Assembly: GCF_035594765.1 (NCBI RefSeq)
Contig: NC_085845.1
Location: forward strand, 197,548,897 to 197,612,896
Length of the DNA stretch: 64,000 nucleotides
DNA from: Anolis carolinensis
Lineage: Eukaryota
Direction: 5' to 3'
The notes below the pieces were generated by a model that worked only from the letters and a program-made list of their open reading frames with translations, was not told where the DNA came from and made no database searches. The position numbers and the translations under genes were made by a program. This document shows positions 62,205-64,000 of this stretch, piece by piece. Every line of letters starts with the position of its first letter. The stretch's first letter is position 1.

Positions 62205-63272
62205 AATGAAGGACATTTCACCTGGAAACGTGTTGTTTTCCTTTCATTTTGATTTCGAAAAAGGATTTTAATATGTTACTTGATATGTTATATATATATA
62301 TCCAGCTTACAGGTTGTGGTATAAGTTTATATTTGTCTGTGTATTCCCTTCCTTTCTTTAATAAGTGTGGCCCTACAATCTGCTGTATAGTTCTGCACAA
62401 AAGACCACAGATATAATATAAAGAAAACTGTCTAAAGCTGTTCTTTTTTAGTGTTGTGGCTACATAATTTGCATTTTTATATTGTGCTTCCAAATTGACA
62501 AGTAATCTTTTATCTTTGTTGAATTGCACTTCATTATTCCTGCATGTCCTTTAAATTATTTAAGTGGTAATTCTATCTTCATTTACCTAGAAATAAGCAC
62601 CATTAAACTAAATTGGACTGACTTCTGGAAAGATAAATAGTATTGCATTGTTTGTAATTTCAGCAAGAACAAAGCAATAATTTTAGATGTTTTATTCATT
62701 GTCTATTCCTATTACAGGCAGATCATAATTTATATTGCCCCGTTTTATTTCAATTTTTTTGACAGAAACCAGAGCAGGAAAGATGAAAGTGGAAGGATGG
62801 GAGGAAGGTAAAAGATGGGAGAAACTGCAAGGGTATGGAAGGTAGAAGGAGGGCAATAGCTACTGGGCAAATCTCAAAAGAGCGAGCAGAAAGCAGAGCA
62901 AAAGAAATGAATACAAGGATGCTGCAGCTAGAATGGAGAGGCAATGAGGCAGAGGAGAGTGAGATGCTGAGAAAGACATATAAGAAAGCAGAGAAAAGGA
63001 ATGGAAAGGGATGTGGAAGGAGACTAGGGGTAGCTGGATATGGAGGTGAGAGTGAGGGTCTAGGGCTGGTTATACATTGTAGAATTAATGCAGTTTAACA
63101 ACACTTTTAAGTTCCATGGCTTGTTGATATGGAATCCTGGGGACTGTTGTTTGACAAGGTCTTTTGCCTTTCTTCCAAAGAGTGCAGGTACCACACCAAA
63201 CTATAAATTCCAGGTTCTCATAGCATTAAATCTTAGCAGGTCAAATGGTGCCAAACTGCATTAATTCTACAG

Positions 63273-63632
63273 CAGTGGTTCCCAACCTTTTCTTGACCAG
63301 GGCCCACTTTGATCAGGGACCACTCTCCAACATTAATACCAAAAGGGTTACAAATCAGTTTTTGGTCAACTTTAGGTTCGGTTTGATTATTTAGGGTGCT
63401 GATTCAGAAAATTGCATTCGATAAACCACATCAGCTTTAGTTTCTGATACAGAACTTATGCCATCCAGCAGTTGCCATCTGCTCGCCCACAGAAAACCAT
63501 ATTTAATCATCTAAAGCTGTTGTGGTCTATCCAATGCAATGTCAGCTCTGTGGAAAGGATCAGAAATAAAATAAAGAGGGAAAGGTTTGCAGACCTGATT
63601 TCGTTCTTGGGGCCAAAGGTTGGGAACCACTG
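63273..63632. mobile_element. hAT non-autonomous DNA transposon
   Basis: TIR CAGTGGTTCCCAACCTTT / AAAGGTTGGGAACCACTG; perfect 8-bp TSD TTCTACAG. Confidence 0.9.
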
Positions 63633-64000
63633 TTCTACAGTGTAGATGCATCCCAGGAGAAGATGGGGGCACCTAACTTCATAGCTGATTGAGGCCCATT
63701 ACAATACATCCCTCATCTCTCTTGCTACCTGGTAGAATTGGTTAAGTTGATAAGTCTGTATCAATTTAGATCACACATTTAAGAATGCAATTCTGACAAT
63801 TGTATGTTCAATTTTTGGCTTGGGCTGACTTCTAAGTTGATGTGTGAATTTGTAGAGTGTGACAAAGCATGAATGTACTAAGGAAGCTATGTTTATTAGT
63901 GAAAATCTAATTTGAATGCTAAATTTAAAATCCACATAAAACTTTTATTGATAACCCTTATACTTTTCTTCAAAATCAAAGGGTTTGCTAGTTGAATTTT

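Overview
Vertebrate genomic DNA, almost certainly an Anolis lizard (typical squamate Penelope, Sauria-type SINE, Vingi, BovB, CR1, L2, R4, Helitron and MITE families). Gene order from left to right: (1) the non-coding, CpG-rich first exon of an unidentified minus-strand gene (~1.0-1.3 kb); (2) NUDT9 (minus, 8 coding exons, 4502-13908); (3) a ~1.1 kb tandem array of 78-80 bp units carrying co-oriented CTCF-like sites (16165-17275); (4) a two-coding-exon secreted ENDOD1-like His-Me nuclease (plus, 23082-25804); (5) an IL2RA/CD25-type two-sushi receptor (minus, 31670-43425) with a relic internal exon duplication and an in-frame TAA inside its transmembrane exon; (6) CGGBP1 (minus, 50827-51324); (7) the first coding exon of ZNF654 (plus, 56601-56717), sharing a bidirectional promoter with CGGBP1. 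Most interesting: the CTCF array as a candidate insulator between NUDT9 and an immune-type block, a tail-less (possibly GPI-anchored or soluble) CD25, and intact Penelope hammerhead ribozymes in the IL2RA intron. Exon boundaries were read by hand. Repeat boundaries are approximate, family names come from recalled sequence, and no database searches were run.
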